Below, one piece after another: positions 61,595 to 64,000 of a stretch of DNA of 64,000 bases. The stretch's first letter is position 1; the number at the start of each line of letters is the position of its first letter. The notes under the pieces are model-generated. The model did not search any database and was not told the origin of the DNA. It saw nothing but the letters and a program-made list of their open reading frames with translations. The DNA comes from an uncultured bacterium. Its GTDB lineage: Bacteria; Acidobacteriota; Thermoanaerobaculia; Multivoradales; J023. The position numbers were made by a program, and so were the translations under genes. The stretch covers positions 4,176 through 68,175 of the forward strand of contig CALFAM010000201.1 of NCBI GenBank assembly GCA_937948815.1, written 5' to 3'.

Positions 61595-62367
61595 CTCGGT
61601 TCCAGCAGTCTTTGCGGAGCCAAGATGCTCCCGTCGCCGTGTCTCAGCTTCTGAGCATCACGCAAAAGCTGCAGCTTTCGGTTGCGGAATGAGGGGCGAG
61701 GCGACCCTGCCGCGGGAGCCGGTAGACGCCGAAGCCGGTTGGGTCGAGCGTTAGCACGTGGCGGATGCGCTCCCGATTGGGGGTGTGCACACGCGCGGCG
61801 TCGGCCATGTCCATCTGCCGGATGTCGTCCTTCCTCACGGGCCTCCTCATGGCTGGCACGTCTCCCGGACGGAGAGAGAAGATCTGTGCGGCGCCAGCTT
61901 CGAGAATCTTCCAGAGCGCTTCCTCCTTCCTGGAGCGTGAAGCGGACGCGCCACAAGTCAAGTCAGACTTGGTCTTTCCTCTTCTCATTGCCGAGCGCTG
62001 CACTGCGGCTACCGTGGTGGTTTCGAGCCCAAGGGTGGCCGTGGTTCTCCTCGTCTTCCGGAGAACGTCGGGCAGCGCCCAGCCGGGCGACGAGGCATCG
62101 CCGGTCGACCGACTCCCTTTCGTCCCTCTCGATCCAAAGACGGCGACGCCGAGCCTGAGGTAAGTCTCACATTCTGTGAAGCTTACCGGGGAGAAGCCTA
62201 CTCCCCTCCGATCGCCCGTCGCCCCCCAAGACCTGGCGTTTGGCGCCTTCGACAGGCCCACTGTCCGGTAGAGACGTCGTGCCTACTTCGGCAGCGGTTG
62301 CAGGCCTACGCAGCCGGAGCCAGCCTGCCCTCGAAAGCGCGAGCGAATCGACGAGTTTTGTCCGGTC

Positions 62368-62397
62368 TTGACAATGGGGACCATCTCGGTCTAGATT
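62368..62397 (+). promoter_or_regulatory. Sigma-70-like promoter (TTGACA - 18 bp - TAGATT) for the TonB-dependent receptor gene
   Basis: Consensus -35 hexamer and a near-consensus -10 with 18-bp spacing, in a locally AT-rich leader. Confidence 0.5.
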
Positions 62398-62409
62398 CAG
62401 TATTCCTCT

Positions 62410-62507
62410 ATTGAGATTCGATCTCAATTAATTCGAGAAGACAAAGATCTGATTTCACTCCGCAGCCGAGATGCCAACTACCGCCCCTGTTGAGATTTCG
62501 TCTCAAT
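62410..62507 (+). promoter_or_regulatory. Two palindromic operator-like sites TTGAGA-N5-TCTCAA in the receptor leader
   Basis: aTTGAGATTCGATCTCAAt (62410-62428) and gTTGAGATTTCGTCTCAAt (62489-62507), just downstream of the -10 and again ~20 nt before the RBS. Confidence 0.55.
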
Positions 62508-62528
62508 AAAGCGCGAGGAATGCTTCAG

Positions 62529-64000
62529 ATGAGAGAGCGAATGGAAGCTTCGCCCAACCTCCAGCCGACCCTGCTCAAGCTCGCCGTGTGTGCGCTCCTG
62601 TTCGCGCCGCTTGCCGCCCACGCTGACGATGCCTCGGTGTCTCGTGACGACGCTGCCGAGGCGGCGTCCAGCGACCAGGCCCAGAACGCTGACGAGGCCG
62701 ACCAAGGTACTTCTTCTGAAGAGGCCGACGGTGGCGTCGCCGGAGGGGCCGTCGAGGACGAGATCGTCGTCGTTGGGAGGTACCTTTACAGCGATAAAGT
62801 CACAGCTCTGAGGACGCCCACGCCGATCATCGATGTGCCGCAGAGCCTCTCGATTGCAACTGCCGACCAAATTTCCGAGCAGGGCTTCACGAGCATCGGC
62901 GAGATCATCAACTACACGCCGGGTGTGAATACGTCGCAAGGTGAAGGGCACCGTGATGCGATCGTCTTTCGGGGGGTGCGCTCCACGGCAGACTTCTTCA
63001 TTGATGGCGTTCGCGACGACGTCCAGTACTACCGTCCGCTCTACAATCTCGAGCAAGTGGAGATTCTACGCGGCCCCAACGCCCTTCTCTTTGGGCGCGG
63101 TGGCACCGGTGGCGTTCTGAACCGCGTCACCAAGAAGGGTCTGATCGGCGGGAGCTTCTCGAACCTCCAGATTGGCGCTGATTCATTTGGCGAGTTGGGT
63201 GTCCAGGTCGATGGCAATTTCGCCACTGGTGAGAACTGGGCATTCCGGATCAACGCCTTCTACGAAGGTCTCGACAATCACCGTGACTTCTTCGATGGTG
63301 ACCGGATTGGTATCAATCCAACGGCCAATTTTCAGCTGTCCGAGGCGACCACACTCGACCTGTCGTACGAGTATGCGGATCACCAACGTTTCGTCGACCG
63401 TGGCATTCCAACGGGTGCTGACGGGCGACCGGTCGAAGCCCTCGAGGATGTGGTCTTCGGAGATCGCGACCTCAACACGACCGAGCTCGAAGCCCACCTG
63501 ATTCGCGCGAAGCTGGAGCACAACTTTTCAGATCGTCTCAAGGGAAACTTCAGCGCCTTTTACGGTGACTACGACAAGCTCTACCAGAACTTCTTCGCCA
63601 ACAACTACGACGAGGCGACGAATATCGTCGAGCTCGATGGCTACGTGGACACGACCCAGCGTCAGAATACGATCTTGTCAGCAGAATTGATCGGCGAGTT
63701 CGACGGGGCGGGGGTGCGTCACACGATGATCTTCGGCACCGAATACATTGATACCTCGTCGGATCAAAATCGCTTCAACTCGTTTTTCGACACGTCGGCA
63801 GCCGATGCCGCCGCGGGTGTGCCCGGCGCCAGGACCGATCGCGCGAACTTCTTTGCGTCGCGCGAGATCGACCTGATCAACGGTGTTGGCACCGTGGCCG
63901 ATGGTCGGACCACGGTCAACAACTTCACGACCGATCTCAATGACGACACGCGCGTGGGGGTCGAGGTTTTTTCGGCCTACATTCAGGACGAGATCGAGCT
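62529..64000 (+). CDS. TonB-dependent outer-membrane receptor (N-terminal part; continues beyond the window)
   Basis: Signal peptide MREAMEASPNLQPTLLKLAVCALLFAPLAAHA. Plug-domain motifs DEIVVVGRY.., QSLSIATADQISEQGFTSIGEIINYTPGV, and VEILRGPNALLFGRGGTGGVLNRVTK. No stop within the window, so it is absent from the ORF track. Confidence 0.8.
   Translation, partial: MRERMEASPNLQPTLLKLAVCALLFAPLAAHADDASVSRDDAAEAASSDQAQNADEADQGTSSEEADGGVAGGAVEDEIVVVGRYLYSDKVTALRTPTPIIDVPQSLSIATADQISEQGFTSIGEIINYTPGVNTSQGEGHRDAIVFRGVRSTADFFIDGVRDDVQYYRPLYNLEQVEILRGPNALLFGRGGTGGVLNRVTKKGLIGGSFSNLQIGADSFGELGVQVDGNFATGENWAFRINAFYEGLDNHRDFFDGDRIGINPTANFQLSEATTLDLSYEYADHQRFVDRGIPTGADGRPVEALEDVVFGDRDLNTTELEAHLIRAKLEHNFSDRLKGNFSAFYGDYDKLYQNFFANNYDEATNIVELDGYVDTTQRQNTILSAELIGEFDGAGVRHTMIFGTEYIDTSSDQNRFNSFFDTSAADAAAGVPGARTDRANFFASREIDLINGVGTVADGRTTVNNFTTDLNDDTRVGVEVFSAYIQDEIE

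Noticed and set aside
61644-62261. 205-aa minus-strand ORF between the small membrane protein gene and the TonB-receptor promoter
   Set aside because: Parts look protein-like but I found no RBS or family motif, and it overlaps the promoter/operator region of the receptor gene. I left it uncalled; it could be rechecked with expression data.

Overview
This is a 64 kb stretch of high-GC (~69%) bacterial chromosome, densely coding on both strands. It has no recognisable mobile elements, CRISPR array or rRNA. Spurious antisense ORFs are abundant, as expected in high-GC DNA, so I called genes by recognisable protein-family motifs in the translations. The gene content suggests an Acidobacteria-like lineage, by inference only: two FtsX/ADOP-type duplicated permeases, an ECF sigma/Ser-Thr-kinase pair, FG-GAP proteins and an IPTL-CTERM protein. 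Recognisable genes are: a BNR/Asp-box sortilin-like protein (partial); ECF sigma plus membrane Ser/Thr kinase with TPR repeats; an SDR; an ECF sigma/anti-sigma/TPR-CHAT protease operon; a thiolase; ExbB/TolQ; a ureohydrolase-amidase-FdrA-DUF1116 nitrogen-catabolic cluster; GlnRS with a YqeY-like C-terminal domain; thioredoxin next to a sigma/ZAS anti-sigma pair; a radical SAM/SPASM enzyme with a PCP_red-like C-terminal extension; malonyl-CoA-synthetase-like ligase; hemY; ActC-ActD-ActF of alternative complex III followed by a plastocyanin-like cupredoxin and an aa3-type oxidase (coxA-coxC-coxD..coxB); transketolase; tRNA-Ser(GCU); GluRS; a MacB-like ABC transporter; tRNA-Gln(CUG); and a TonB-dependent receptor (partial). 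Candidates for novelty: (i) a conserved extreme C-terminal peptide (L-F-A-D-G-F-E-S/R-G-D-x-S/T-A-W-S) shared by three unrelated secreted proteins, alongside a separate IPTL-CTERM protein; (ii) a translationally coupled ECF sigma/anti-sigma/periplasmic CHAT protease module; (iii) a cytochrome-c-free ActCDF + blue copper protein + CuA oxidase arrangement; (iv) a radical SAM/SPASM enzyme and a small zinc-ribbon protein that both carry PCP_red-like domains in an apparently non-phototrophic context; (v) paired palindromic operators in the leader of a TonB-dependent receptor gene. I had no tools: every homology call rests on reading motifs in the provided translations, and start coordinates carry roughly ±1-3 codons of uncertainty.
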